NCBI GenBank assembly: GCA_963845425.1 | Contig: CAWJSC010000012.1 | Coordinates: forward strand, 10,352-74,351 | Origin: an uncultured Microthrixaceae bacterium | GTDB lineage: Bacteria; Actinomycetota; Acidimicrobiia; Acidimicrobiales; DATDAH01 | DNA: 64,000 nucleotides | Direction: 5' to 3' | In this document: piece after piece, positions 1 through 12,841 of the stretch | How positions within the stretch are numbered: the first letter of the stretch is position 1 | Layout: each line of letters opens with the position of its first letter | Notes under the pieces: model-generated | Told to the model about the DNA's origin: nothing | The model's input: the letters and a program-made list of their open reading frames with translations, nothing else | The model's database searches: none | Position numbers and translations under genes: made by a program

Positions 1-334
1 CCACGCCGTCCGGCTGAACTCCCTGTCCGAGCTGGCCCTCACCAAGATGGACATCTTCGACGCGCTGGACACGGTCAAGGTCTGCGTGGCCTACGACGTG
101 GAGGGGGTGCGCCACGAGCACCTGCCGTACCACCAGAGCGAGCTGTTCCACGCGCGCCCGGTGTACGAGGAGCTCCCCGGGTGGCAGGAGGACCTGAGCG
201 AGGCCACCGAGCTGCACGACCTGCCCCGTCGGGCCCTCGACTACCTGGACTTCCTCGAGGACCAGGTGGGTGTGCCGATCCGCCTCGTCGGCGTCGGCCC
301 CGGCCGTACCCAGTTCGTCCAGCGCCTGCCGTGA
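1..334 (+). CDS. purA: adenylosuccinate synthetase, C-terminal part (5' truncated by window)
   Basis: [31 protein letters not shown]-terminal motifs; lies at the head of the pur cluster. Confidence 0.93.
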   Translation, partial: HAVRLNSLSELALTKMDIFDALDTVKVCVAYDVEGVRHEHLPYHQSELFHARPVYEELPGWQEDLSEATELHDLPRRALDYLDFLEDQVGVPIRLVGVGPGRTQFVQRLP

Positions 335-350
335 CGGGACTCGCCGCCCG

Positions 351-1598
351 GTGAGGGTCTGCGTCGTCGGCGGTGGCGGACGGGAGCACGCTTTGGCCCA
401 CGTCCTCGGGCGCACGGCCGAGGTCGTGGTCACCCCGGGCAACCCCGTCATCCCGGGGTCGGTGGTCACCCCGCCTGAAGCGGTGGAGGCCGACCTGTAC
501 GTCATCGGCCCGGAGGCCCCCCTGGTTGACGGCCTGGCCGACCGGCTCCGCGACCAGGGCCGGCTCGTGTTCGGGCCCGGGGCCGACGGGGCCCGTCTGG
601 AGGGCTCGAAGGCGTGGATGAAGGAACTGCTGGCGACCGCCGGGGTCCCCACGGCGGATCACCGTGCGTTCACGGAGGCGGCCCCGGCCAAGGCCTACCT
701 CGCCACGCTGGCCCCGCCCTACGTGGTCAAGACCGACGGCCTCGCCGCGGGGAAGGGCGTGCTGGTCACGGCGTCTCGGGCCGAGGCGGAGGCCGACGTC
801 GACGACAAGCTCTCGGGGGCCGCGTTCGGGGCGGCCGGGCGCCGGGTGGTCATCGAGGAGGGGCTCAGCGGCCCGGAGCTCTCCCTCCTCGTGGTCTGTG
901 ACGGCAGCCGGGCCGTTCCCCTCTCCCCGGCCCAGGACTTCAAGCGCATCGGGGACGGTGACCTCGGGCCGAACACGGGGGGCATGGGTGCCTACTCGCC
1001 GGTGCCCGGGGTGGGTGCCGACATCGTCGACCTCGTCATGGATCGAGCGGTCGACCCCACGCTCGCCGCGCTCCGGGCCGAGGGCATCGACTACCGCGGT
1101 GTCCTCTACGCGGGCCTGATGCTGACGGCCGACGGGCCCAAGGTCATCGAGTACAACGTCCGCTTCGGCGATCCCGAGGCCCAGGTCGTGCTGCCCCGCC
1201 TGTCCTCCGACCTGGCCGAGCTGCTGGCCCAGGCCGCCGCGGGAGACCTTCGTGACCGGCCGGTGTTCAGCGAGGACGCCGCGGTGACCGTCGTCCTCGC
1301 CGCCGAGGGCTATCCCGAGGCACCGCGGGCGGGTGACCCGATCACCGGGCTCGCCGCCGCGTCGGCCCATGCCGGCGTGACCGTGTTCGCCGCGGGGGTG
1401 GCCGAGGACGGCACCGGACGCCTCGTCACGGCCGGCGGCCGGGTCTTGGCCGTCACCGGCACCGGGCCGACGATCGCCACGGCCCGTCACCGGGCGTACG
1501 GCGCGGCCGGGGAGATCCGCTGGTCGGGCATGCAGTGCCGGACCGACATCGCCGCCTCGGCGGCATCCGAACCACAGACAACGAAGGAGGCGCCGTGA
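351..1598 (+). CDS. purD: phosphoribosylamine--glycine ligase
   Basis: [52 protein letters not shown]; GTG at 351 chosen as start. Confidence 0.96.
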   Translation: MRVCVVGGGGREHALAHVLGRTAEVVVTPGNPVIPGSVVTPPEAVEADLYVIGPEAPLVDGLADRLRDQGRLVFGPGADGARLEGSKAWMKELLATAGVPTADHRAFTEAAPAKAYLATLAPPYVVKTDGLAAGKGVLVTASRAEAEADVDDKLSGAAFGAAGRRVVIEEGLSGPELSLLVVCDGSRAVPLSPAQDFKRIGDGDLGPNTGGMGAYSPVPGVGADIVDLVMDRAVDPTLAALRAEGIDYRGVLYAGLMLTADGPKVIEYNVRFGDPEAQVVLPRLSSDLAELLAQAAAGDLRDRPVFSEDAAVTVVLAAEGYPEAPRAGDPITGLAAASAHAGVTVFAAGVAEDGTGRLVTAGGRVLAVTGTGPTIATARHRAYGAAGEIRWSGMQCRTDIAASAASEPQTTKEAP

Positions 1599-2044
1599 AG
1601 GTCGCCGTATTGATGGGCTCGCCACGGGACGGCGACAAGATGGCAGCGGCGGCCGAGACGCTCGAGCGTTTCGGCCTGGAGGCCGACGTCCGGGTGTTGT
1701 CGGCCCACCGCAATCCCGCTGAGGTCGCCGCGCTGGCGTCGGGGGCCCGTGAGGCGGGCTATGTCGCCTTCATCTGCGGCGCCGGGATGGCGGCCCACCT
1801 GGCCGGGGTGGTGGCCGCCCACACGACGCTGCCGGTCGTTGGGGTACCCCTGTCGGGCGGGGCCCTCAATGGCGTCGACGCCCTCTACGCCACCGTGCAG
1901 ATGCCCCGCGGCATCCCGGTGGCGACCGTGGCCGTCGACGGCTCGATGAACGCCGCCCTGCTCGTCGTGGCGATGCTGGCCATCACCGATGTCGACCTGG
2001 CCGCGAAGCTGGCCGACCACCGGGTGGAGATCGCCGCCGGCTGA
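1595..2044 (+). CDS. purE: N5-CAIR mutase
   Basis: [30 protein letters not shown]; GTGA overlap with purD stop and GAAGGAGG RBS. Confidence 0.95.
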   Translation: MKVAVLMGSPRDGDKMAAAAETLERFGLEADVRVLSAHRNPAEVAALASGAREAGYVAFICGAGMAAHLAGVVAAHTTLPVVGVPLSGGALNGVDALYATVQMPRGIPVATVAVDGSMNAALLVVAMLAITDVDLAAKLADHRVEIAAG

Positions 2045-2071
2045 GAAGCGGGGCCCGGGGCCGCGCCGAGG

Positions 2072-3913
2072 TCAGTGGGCGCGGTCACCCCGGAGGGCGG
2101 CGATGCGCGCCAAGATGGCCTTGGCGTCGCTCTCCTGGGCGGCCTCGGGCTCGGCGGCCGGGATGCGGGTGGGCGTGGGCGGCCGGATGGCCGATCGGGG
2201 TACGTCGGGGGTGACCAGCCGCGTCTCGGCGGGAGCCGCGGCGGCCGTCGTGGGGGGTGGTGCGACGGCCGCCGGCGGCGGGGTCGGGATCGGGGTCGGG
2301 ACGGCGAGAGGTGGCGCCTCGACGGGCGGCGGCGGCGGGGCCGGGATCGGGGTCGGGACGGCGAGAGGTGGCGCCTCGAGGGGCGGCGGGGCCGGGATCG
2401 GGGTCGGGACGGCGAGAGGTGGCGCCTCGACGGGAGGCGGCGGCGGAGGCAGCGGGTCGAAGGCCTGCCCCGCGGCTGCGGGCGGGGGCGGGGGGAGTGG
2501 TCCGGCGGCCGCGCCGCCGCCCAGGTCGAAGGGGGCGAGGGAATCGGCGTCGAAGTCGACGGCCCGCGGGGTGCCGACGGGCTCGGGTGCGAATGGCGTG
2601 GCCTGGAAGGCACTGCCGAAGGTCGGCTGGGTGTCGGGTTCGAAGGTCTCGTCGAAGGTCGGGGCCGGGTCGGGCTGGAAGGCGCTGCCGAAGGTCGGGG
2701 CCGGGTCGGGCTCGAAGGTCTCGTCGGAGGTGGGGGCCGGGTCGGGCTCGAAGGTCTCGTCGGAGGTGGGGGCCGGGTCGGGCTGGAAGGCGCTGCCGAA
2801 GGTCGGGGCCGGGTCGGGCTCGAAGGTCTCGTCGGAGGTGGGGGCCGGGTCGGGCTGGAAGGCGCTGCCGAAGGTCGGGGCCGGGTCGGGCTGGAAGGCG
2901 CTGCCGAAGGTCGGGGCCGGGTCGGGCTGGAAGGCGCTGCCGAAGGTCGGGGCCGGGTCGGGCTGGTCGAAGGTCCCGTCGAAGGTCGGGGCCGGGTCGG
3001 GCTGGTCGAAGGTCTCGTCGGAGGTGGGGGCCGGGTCGGCCTGGAAGGCGCTGCCGAAGGTCGGCTGGGTGTCGGGTTCGAAGGTCCCGTCGGAGGTCGG
3101 CGCGGTGTCGGGCTGGAAGGCGCTGCCGAACGCGCCGTCGAAGGTTGGCGGAGGCTCGGGTGCGAACGGCGTCGGCTCGAAGGCCGCGCCGAACGTCGGC
3201 GGCGCGTCGGCGTCGAACGAGGTGGGCACGACGGGCGTGGGCTCGTCGGCCACCCGGTCGGCGGCCGGGCCGGCGTAGGTCGGCAGGGGCTCGGCGCCGT
3301 ACAGGTCGGGCCCGGTGTTCGGGGGCTCGGTGAGGAGTACCGGGTCCCCCGGCGTCCAGCCGGTGCCGAGGGCGCTCTCCCCGTCGATCGTCGAGGGATC
3401 CGGCGCCGGCAGCTCGCCGAGGTCGACGCCCGGACCCGTCGGGCTGACGCCGTCGGTGTCGGCGGTCTCGCCGCGCCGGTCTTGGCCTGTGGCCCCAGGC
3501 GGGGCCAGGTCGACCCCCGGCGGAGGGGTGGGTGTGTCCGGCTGAGGCGGCGGCAGGCGCAAGGCTTCACGCTCGGCCGCGGCCTGCGTGGCGGCGGCGT
3601 CCTCCTCGTCGGCCGCCTCGGCCTCGTCCATCTTCTGCCAGGTGGTGACGCCGTCCGGTGGCGGGCTGGCCAGGTCCCGCTTCCGGGCTTTGCGCCACTG
3701 CTTCAGGCGGCGCTTGGTCTCCTTGGGCACGGCGACCGTCGGGTTGCGGGCCGACCTGCGTACGCCGGCCGCGCTGACCGCGCAGGGCACGCAGTACGGG
3801 GGCTTGACCGGACCGAACGGGTACACCAGGCAGTCGGCGCAGAAGGGCCCACCGCAGCTCCGGCACAGGCCTTCTGCGACTTCGTAGGGGTGAACCTGGC
3901 AGATGTGTGCCAC
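2072..3913 (-). CDS. hypothetical protein: N-terminal B-box-like Zn finger, long Pro/Asp/Thr-rich repeat region, C-terminal amphipathic helix
   Basis: CxxH-x8-CxxC-x4-CxxC-x12-CxxC; in-frame 36-bp repeats; ends DAKAILARIAALRG. Confidence 0.75.
   Translation of the reverse strand: MAHICQVHPYEVAEGLCRSCGGPFCADCLVYPFGPVKPPYCVPCAVSAAGVRRSARNPTVAVPKETKRRLKQWRKARKRDLASPPPDGVTTWQKMDEAEAADEEDAAATQAAAEREALRLPPPQPDTPTPPPGVDLAPPGATGQDRRGETADTDGVSPTGPGVDLGELPAPDPSTIDGESALGTGWTPGDPVLLTEPPNTGPDLYGAEPLPTYAGPAADRVADEPTPVVPTSFDADAPPTFGAAFEPTPFAPEPPPTFDGAFGSAFQPDTAPTSDGTFEPDTQPTFGSAFQADPAPTSDETFDQPDPAPTFDGTFDQPDPAPTFGSAFQPDPAPTFGSAFQPDPAPTFGSAFQPDPAPTSDETFEPDPAPTFGSAFQPDPAPTSDETFEPDPAPTSDETFEPDPAPTFGSAFQPDPAPTFDETFEPDTQPTFGSAFQATPFAPEPVGTPRAVDFDADSLAPFDLGGGAAAGPLPPPPPAAAGQAFDPLPPPPPPVEAPPLAVPTPIPAPPPLEAPPLAVPTPIPAPPPPPVEAPPLAVPTPIPTPPPAAVAPPPTTAAAAPAETRLVTPDVPRSAIRPPTPTRIPAAEPEAAQESDAKAILARIAALRGDRAH
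2275..2445 (-). repeat. coding tandem repeat, 3 units of PPP(V/L)EAPPLAVPTPIP(A/T)
   Basis: three copies of gggatcggggtcgggacggcgagaggtggcgcctcga on + strand. Confidence 0.9.
2603..3112 (-). repeat. coding tandem repeat, 14 units of 36/39 bp (PDPAPTFGSAFQ / PDPAPTSDETFE variants)
   Basis: 12 units of 12 aa plus 2 units of 13 aa = 510 bp, counted from the translation. Confidence 0.95.
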
Positions 3914-3976
3914 CCCCTACTCGTCGGCCGGGGTACCCCTCGGATTGAGGGCTCCGCCTCCCCGTACGATGGTCCG

Positions 3977-5395
3977 GTGATCAGTAACGTCCTCGCTGAG
4001 CGGTACGCCAGCGCCCCCGTGGTCGAGCTGTTCTCCGCCGAGCACAAGATTCGGCTCGAGCGTCGGTTCTGGATCGCCGTGATGGAGGCCCAGCGGGAGC
4101 TGGGGGTGGACATCCCCGCGGCAGCTCTCGATGCCTCCCGCGCCGTGGTCGACGACGTCGACCTGGGCTCGATTGCCCATCGGGAGCGGGTCACCCGCCA
4201 CGACGTGAAGGCCCGCCTCGAGGAGTTCTCCGCGCTGGCGGGCCATGAGCACGCTCACAAGGCGATGACATCGCGCGACCTCACCGAGAACGTCGAGCTG
4301 CTACAGGTCCGGACCGGCCTCGAGCTGATCCGCGACCGGCTGGTCACTGTCCTGGCCCGGCTGGCCGAACGGGCCGTCGAGTACGACGGCCTGGCCCTGG
4401 CCGGGCGCAGTCACAACGTCCCCGCCCAGGTCACCACGCTGGGCAAGCGTTTCGCCAATGCCGGCGAGGAGGTGCTGGCCGCGTTCGGGCGGGTCGACGC
4501 GTTGGCCCGGGACCTGCCCCTGCGGGGACTGAAGGGGCCGATGGGAACGGCCCAGGACCAGCTCGACCTGCTCAGTGGTGACACCGAGGCGCTGGACCGT
4601 CTGGAGGACGCCGTCTGCGCCCACCTCGGCTTCGCCGAGTCGCTCACCAGCGTGGGCCAGGTGTACCCCCGCTCGCTCGACTACGAGGTCGTCACGGCGC
4701 TGGCCCAGTCGGCGGCCGGGCCCGCCAGTCTGGCCACCACCCTGCGCCTGATGGCGGGCCACGACCTGGCCACCGAGGGCTTCGTCGCCGGCCAGGTCGG
4801 CTCCTCGGCCATGCCCCACAAGATGAACGCCAGATCCTGTGAGCGCATCGTCGGCCTCAAGCGGATCCTCGAGGGCCACGTCACGATGCTCGGCGCGGTG
4901 GCCGGCGACCAATGGAACGAGGGCGACGTGAGCTGCTCGGTCGTGCGCCGGGTGGCGCTACCCGACGCCTTCTTCGCGACCGACGGGGTCCACCAGACCA
5001 CGCTGCACGTGCTGGCCGGCTTCGGGGTCTTTCCCCGCGTGGTGGCCGACGAGCTGGACCGCTATCTCCCGTACCTGTCGACCACGGCCATGCTCGTGGC
5101 CCTGGTCCGCCAGGGCCTCGGCCGGGAGGAGGCCCACGAGCTGCTGAAGGGCCATGCTGTGGCCGCCGCCCTGGCCGCCCGGGACGAGGGCGCTGCCGCC
5201 GAGGGCCTTCTCGACCGCCTCGCGGCCGACGAGCGGATACCGCTGGACCGAGCGGACCTCGACGCCCTGATGGGTGATCCCCTGGCCTTCGTCGGTGACG
5301 CCCACCGCCAAGTGGCCGCTTTCGCGGCCACGGTCGGGGCGCTGGTCGTCGAGTACCCCGACGCGGCCTCGTACCAGCCGGACCGGCTGTTGTAG
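3977..5395 (+). CDS. purB: adenylosuccinate lyase
   Basis: NVLAERYAS, TRHDVKAR, TSRDLTEN, signature GSSAMPHKMN; GTG 6 nt after a TACGAT -10 box. Confidence 0.96.
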   Translation: MISNVLAERYASAPVVELFSAEHKIRLERRFWIAVMEAQRELGVDIPAAALDASRAVVDDVDLGSIAHRERVTRHDVKARLEEFSALAGHEHAHKAMTSRDLTENVELLQVRTGLELIRDRLVTVLARLAERAVEYDGLALAGRSHNVPAQVTTLGKRFANAGEEVLAAFGRVDALARDLPLRGLKGPMGTAQDQLDLLSGDTEALDRLEDAVCAHLGFAESLTSVGQVYPRSLDYEVVTALAQSAAGPASLATTLRLMAGHDLATEGFVAGQVGSSAMPHKMNARSCERIVGLKRILEGHVTMLGAVAGDQWNEGDVSCSVVRRVALPDAFFATDGVHQTTLHVLAGFGVFPRVVADELDRYLPYLSTTAMLVALVRQGLGREEAHELLKGHAVAAALAARDEGAAAEGLLDRLAADERIPLDRADLDALMGDPLAFVGDAHRQVAAFAATVGALVVEYPDAASYQPDRLL

Positions 5396-5404
5396 AACGG
5401 GGCC

Positions 5405-6286
5405 GTGAGCCCCATACCGCTGTACTCCGGGAAGGTCCGTGACATCTACGCCGTCGGCGACGACCGGCTGCTGATGGTCACCTCCGACCGCATCTCGGCC
5501 TTTGACGTCGTCATGGGCGAGCCGATCCCCGACAAGGGTCGGGTCCTGACGGCGATGACGGCCTTCTGGTCCGAGCAGCTGGCGGCCGTGGCGCCCAGCC
5601 ATCTGCTCTCGACCGATCTGGCCGACCTGCCCGACGACCTGCGGGAACCGGGGTGGGAGGGCCGAGTGATGCTCTGTCACAAGGCCGAGATGTTGCCGAT
5701 CGAGTGCATCGTGCGCGGCTACCTGACCGGGTCGGCCTGGAAGGAGTACCGCACCTCGGGCACCATGCATGGCACCGAGCTGCCGGCCGGCCTGCTGGAG
5801 TCGGCCCAGCTGCCTGAGCCGGTCTTCACCCCGTCGACCAAAGCCGAGGTGGGCGACCACGACGAGAACATCTCCTTCGCCGCCGCCGTGGACCTGGTGG
5901 GCATCGAGGTAGCAGACGCGGCGCGGGACGTCAGCCTCGAGCTCTACCGCCGGGGCGCCGAGTGGGCGGCCGAGCGGGGGATCCTCATCGCTGACACCAA
6001 GTTCGAGCTGGGGATGGTCGACGGTGTCCTCACCGTGTGCGACGAGGTGCTCACGCCGGACTCGTCCCGCTTCTGGCCCGCGGACCAGTGGCGGCCCGGA
6101 GCCACACCCCCCTCGTTCGACAAGCAGCCGGTGCGCGACCACTTGGACGCCCTGGACTGGGACAAGGCCCCGCCCCCCCCGGCACTGCCCGCGGAGGTCG
6201 TCGAGGCCACCTCCGGCCGCTACGTCGAGGCCTACGAGCGCATCAGCGGCCGTCGCTTCGCCGATTGGCCCGGGGCCGGTTCCTGA
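5405..6286 (+). CDS. purC: SAICAR synthase
   Basis: YSGKVRDIY, SDRISAFD, ECIVRGYLTGS, ADTKFE, DEVLTPDSSRFW, SFDKQ. Confidence 0.97.
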   Translation: MSPIPLYSGKVRDIYAVGDDRLLMVTSDRISAFDVVMGEPIPDKGRVLTAMTAFWSEQLAAVAPSHLLSTDLADLPDDLREPGWEGRVMLCHKAEMLPIECIVRGYLTGSAWKEYRTSGTMHGTELPAGLLESAQLPEPVFTPSTKAEVGDHDENISFAAAVDLVGIEVADAARDVSLELYRRGAEWAAERGILIADTKFELGMVDGVLTVCDEVLTPDSSRFWPADQWRPGATPPSFDKQPVRDHLDALDWDKAPPPPALPAEVVEATSGRYVEAYERISGRRFADWPGAGS

Positions 6287-6373
6287 GCGACCGGTGCACC
6301 GCGCGGATCGCGCAGCCCGTGACGGTCCCTGACCGTTCGCGACGGGCAGCACCCCGTGCGCGACGATGAGCCC

Positions 6374-6643
6374 ATGGCCTCCTTCTCCGTGCACGTCGAG
6401 GTGACCCAGCGTCCCGGTATCGCCGACCCCGAGGGGGCGACCATCGAGCGGTCGCTGCCCGCCCTGGGCTTCGATGAGGTGCGCGGGGTGCACGTGGGCA
6501 AGTCGATCCGGTTCCGCGTGGACGCCCCCGACGAGGCCACGGCCCGCGTCCGGGTCACCGAGCTGTGCGAGCGCTTCCTGACCAACCCCGTCATCGAGGA
6601 CGCGACGATCGAGCTGACCGCGCTGGCTGAGGCCGGGGCCTGA
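6374..6643 (+). CDS. purS: FGAM synthase subunit PurS
   Basis: DPEG..I, VGK, LTNPVIE; directly before purQ. Confidence 0.93.
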   Translation: MASFSVHVEVTQRPGIADPEGATIERSLPALGFDEVRGVHVGKSIRFRVDAPDEATARVRVTELCERFLTNPVIEDATIELTALAEAGA

Positions 6644-7317
6644 TGGCCCCCAAGGTCGGGGTCCTGCTCTTTCCGGGCTCCAACTGCGAACAGGACGTGC
6701 TCGAGGCCTTCGCCGGCCTCGGGGCCGACACCGGGTTGATCTGGCACGGCGACCGTTCGCTCGGTGGGGCGGATGTGGTCGTCGTGCCGGGTGGTTTCGC
6801 CCACGGCGACTACCTGCGTCCAGGGGCTATTGCCCGCTTCTCACCGGTCATGGAGGCCGTGGCCGAGTTCGCGGCCGCAGGCGGTCCCGTGGTGGGCATC
6901 TGCAACGGGTTCCAGGTCCTCTGTGAGGCCGGATTGCTCCCCGGTGTCTTGCAGAAGAACGCCGGTCTGCGGTTCCTTTGTCAGACGGTGACCCTTCGGG
7001 TCGCATCGCAGGCTTCCGTGCTCACCCGGGACGTCGAAATCGGTACCGAACTGCGGATCCCGATCAACCATTTCTCTGGCAACTACACGTGCGCACCGGA
7101 GACGTTGGCGCGGCTGGTCGCCGAGGACCAGGTCGTGCTGCGGTACACCGACAACCCCAACGGCTCCATGGACGACATCGCCGGGGTCCGCAACGGCGCG
7201 GGCAACGTCGTCGGGCTCATGCCCCACCCCGAGCGGGCCAGTTCGGGGTTGCTCGGCTCCGAGGACGGCTTGCCCTTGCTGGCGTCGGTTCTGGCTGCTA
7301 CCCGCGCCGTCGCCTGA
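6643..7317 (+). CDS. purQ: FGAM synthase glutaminase subunit
   Basis: FPGSNC, PGGFAHGDYLR, GICNGFQ, NPNGS, MPHPER. Confidence 0.96.
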   Translation: MAPKVGVLLFPGSNCEQDVLEAFAGLGADTGLIWHGDRSLGGADVVVVPGGFAHGDYLRPGAIARFSPVMEAVAEFAAAGGPVVGICNGFQVLCEAGLLPGVLQKNAGLRFLCQTVTLRVASQASVLTRDVEIGTELRIPINHFSGNYTCAPETLARLVAEDQVVLRYTDNPNGSMDDIAGVRNGAGNVVGLMPHPERASSGLLGSEDGLPLLASVLAATRAVA

Positions 7318-7413
7318 ACCCCCGGGTGGTCTGAACCACCGCGTCGCCCGAAACGATCTGGCCTCCCGGGCGTCTCTCCGGGGCCGGATCGACTCGACGA
7401 CTCGACCCGATGA

Positions 7414-7824
7414 TCAGCCCGCGCGGGTGATGCCGGCGGCCTTCAGCGTGGAGGGGTCCACCCCGAGCTCGCGCCAGGCGGCGTAGGTGATGCCTTTGCG
7501 GGCGCCGTAGGCCTTGGCGCTGTCGGTGAAGCCCTTCTCCATTGCGGAGAGGTCGGGCTTGTCCTCCATGTTGGCCAGTTCGGTGGTGAGATCCATCCGC
7601 TCCTGCACCAGTTGGAGACGCTTGAGGGGATCGGCGCTCTCCAGTTGGGCCTCGATGGTGTTCAGCCGCTTCTTGATGGAGTCCGGCGTCCGCTTCCGGC
7701 CCCTTTTCGGCTTGTGGGCCTCGAGGGCTTCCAGGTATTGCCGGACGGCCTTGGACTGAGTTCGACCCTCGGCAAGGGCCGCCTTGTGTTCAGCAGACAT
7801 GCTGCCTTTGGTGTCAGGTGTCAT
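7414..7824 (-). CDS. small basic coiled-coil hypothetical protein, putative DNA-binding
   Basis: Lys/Glu-rich protein-like composition unlike shadow ORFs; KPKRGRKR motif; AT-rich upstream region. Confidence 0.8.
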   Translation of the reverse strand: MTPDTKGSMSAEHKAALAEGRTQSKAVRQYLEALEAHKPKRGRKRTPDSIKKRLNTIEAQLESADPLKRLQLVQERMDLTTELANMEDKPDLSAMEKGFTDSAKAYGARKGITYAAWRELGVDPSTLKAAGITRAG

Positions 7825-7982
7825 CGCGTCAAAGTCTGCCCCATTCCTTGCTCAATTGCTAGACGTCGTCATGATTGATTTGATTGAGTCCCTGTCCTTC
7901 CAATGGGTGTTTACCGGTGGACAGGGGGGCAACACGCGGCGCGTCCGCGGTGCCCGGACGGCCTGCGGCTACCGTCGGCGGC

Positions 7983-10175
<2,193 letters not shown>

Positions 10176-10290
10176 CCCGCCGGTCGCTGCCGCCGACCGC
10201 CGCCGTGACGTCTGACCAAAGCCCTCAGGGTGGGCCGACGGGACTGACGGGTTCCTCGGAGCGGCGAGCTCGGTCGATAGGCTCGGGGGT

Positions 10291-11850
10291 GTGACGCCTC
10301 CCGCCGACGTGAACGTCGACGAGGCAGAGGTGGATCCGCAGGACGACGGCAAGAAGGAGGCCTGCGGGGTCTTCGGGGTGTACGCCCCGAACCAGCCGGT
10401 CTCCCACCTGCTCTACCTCGGGCTCTACGCCCTGCAGCACCGGGGCCAGGAGTCCGCCGGTATGGCGGTCAGCAGCGGCGACCACCTCATGGTGGTCAAG
10501 GACATGGGCCTGGTGGCCACCGTCTTCGACGACCGGACCCTGCAGTCCCTGCACGGCCACCTCGGCATCGGCCACACCCGGTACTCCACGTCGGGCTCGT
10601 CGAGCTGGCGCAACGCCCAGCCCGTCTTCCGGGACGCCCCGGCCGGTCAGTTCGCCCTCGGCCACAACGGCAACCTGGTGAACACCGAGGAGCTGGCGGT
10701 CGACGCCGGGATGCTCCCCGGCACCGTCACCAGCGACAGCGACCTGGTGGCCGAGATGGTCCAGCGGGAGCTGCCCGCCTCCAGTGACGAGCGCAGCGAC
10801 GGCCGAGGCCTCGAGCGGGCGCTGCTGAAGGTCCTGCCCCGCCTCGAGGGTGCCTTCTCGATGGTGGCGATGGACGAGGGCCACATCGTCGGTGTGCGCG
10901 ACCCCAACGGCTTCCGCCCCCTCTGCCTCGGGCGGCTCGAGTCCGGCTGGGTCCTGGCGTCGGAGTCGCCCGCCCTCGACGTGGTCGGCGCCCACTTCGT
11001 CCGGGAGCTGGACCCGGGCGAGATGGTCGTCATCGACGCCACCGGTGTCCGGTCGATGAAGCCCTTCGACGAGGAGCGGTTGAACCCCAAGCTCTGCCTG
11101 TTCGAGTTCGTGTACTTCGCCCGGCCCGACACCCGCCTCTACGGCCAGAGCGTGCACGCCGCCCGGGTGCGGATGGGCGAGCAGCTCGCCGCCCAGGCCC
11201 CCGTCGAGGTCGACCTGGTCATGGGCGTGCCCGAGTCGGGCCTGCCCGCGGCGGAGGGCTACTCCCACTACAGCGGCATCCCCTACGGCCAGGGCCTGGT
11301 CAAGAACCGCTACATCGGCCGCACCTTCATCGCCCCCAGCCAGGAGATGCGGGCGCTGGGCGTGCGCATGAAGCTGAACCCGCTGCGTGACGCCATCGAC
11401 GGCCAGCGCCTGGTGGTGGTCGACGACTCCATCGTGCGGGGCACCACGACCCGGGCCATGGTCAAGATGCTGCGGGAGGCCGGGGCCACCGAGGTCCACC
11501 TGCGGGTCTCCTCCCCGCCCTACCGCTGGCCCTGCTTCTACGGCATGGACACCGGCACCCGGGGCGAGCTGCTGGCCGCCAACCTGAGCGTCGCCGAGAT
11601 CCAGGAATATCTGGGGGTCGACACCCTCGCCTACCTGGAGCTGGACCGCCTCGTGGCGGCCACCGGGACCGTCGGCGCCGGCTTCTGCAACGCCTGCCTG
11701 ACCGGCGAGTACCCGGTCGCCATCCCCGAGAACCTCCACAAGGGCGTTCTGGAACAGGGCGACGAGGTCACCGAGACCAGGGTCGCCGCCCCCCGCTTGC
11801 TCGACGACGAGGACCACCGCCTCCCCGCCGACCTCGCCCGCGAGGAGTAG
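10291..11850 (+). CDS. purF: amidophosphoribosyltransferase
   Basis: propeptide then EA-CGVFG, LQHRGQE, GHTRYST, VVVDDSIVRGTT, Fe-S Cys residues. Confidence 0.97.
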   Translation: MTPPADVNVDEAEVDPQDDGKKEACGVFGVYAPNQPVSHLLYLGLYALQHRGQESAGMAVSSGDHLMVVKDMGLVATVFDDRTLQSLHGHLGIGHTRYSTSGSSSWRNAQPVFRDAPAGQFALGHNGNLVNTEELAVDAGMLPGTVTSDSDLVAEMVQRELPASSDERSDGRGLERALLKVLPRLEGAFSMVAMDEGHIVGVRDPNGFRPLCLGRLESGWVLASESPALDVVGAHFVRELDPGEMVVIDATGVRSMKPFDEERLNPKLCLFEFVYFARPDTRLYGQSVHAARVRMGEQLAAQAPVEVDLVMGVPESGLPAAEGYSHYSGIPYGQGLVKNRYIGRTFIAPSQEMRALGVRMKLNPLRDAIDGQRLVVVDDSIVRGTTTRAMVKMLREAGATEVHLRVSSPPYRWPCFYGMDTGTRGELLAANLSVAEIQEYLGVDTLAYLELDRLVAATGTVGAGFCNACLTGEYPVAIPENLHKGVLEQGDEVTETRVAAPRLLDDEDHRLPADLAREE

Positions 11851-11857
11851 GTCCCTC

Positions 11858-12837
<980 letters not shown>

Positions 12838-12841
<4 letters not shown>

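Noticed and set aside
1595-2044. purE without adjacent purK, and no purN/purH in the cluster
   Set aside because: These genes are often located elsewhere; absence cannot be judged from one window.
2603-3112. 36-bp periodic array resembling a CRISPR
   Set aside because: Units are contiguous with no unique spacers, lengths are multiples of 3 inside an ORF, and there are no cas genes; it is a coding tandem repeat.
2075-3976. Apparent 1106-aa PurB with a giant repetitive N-terminal extension
   Set aside because: The extension is the antisense shadow of the minus-strand repeat gene; PurB motifs and a -10 box point to GTG 3977.
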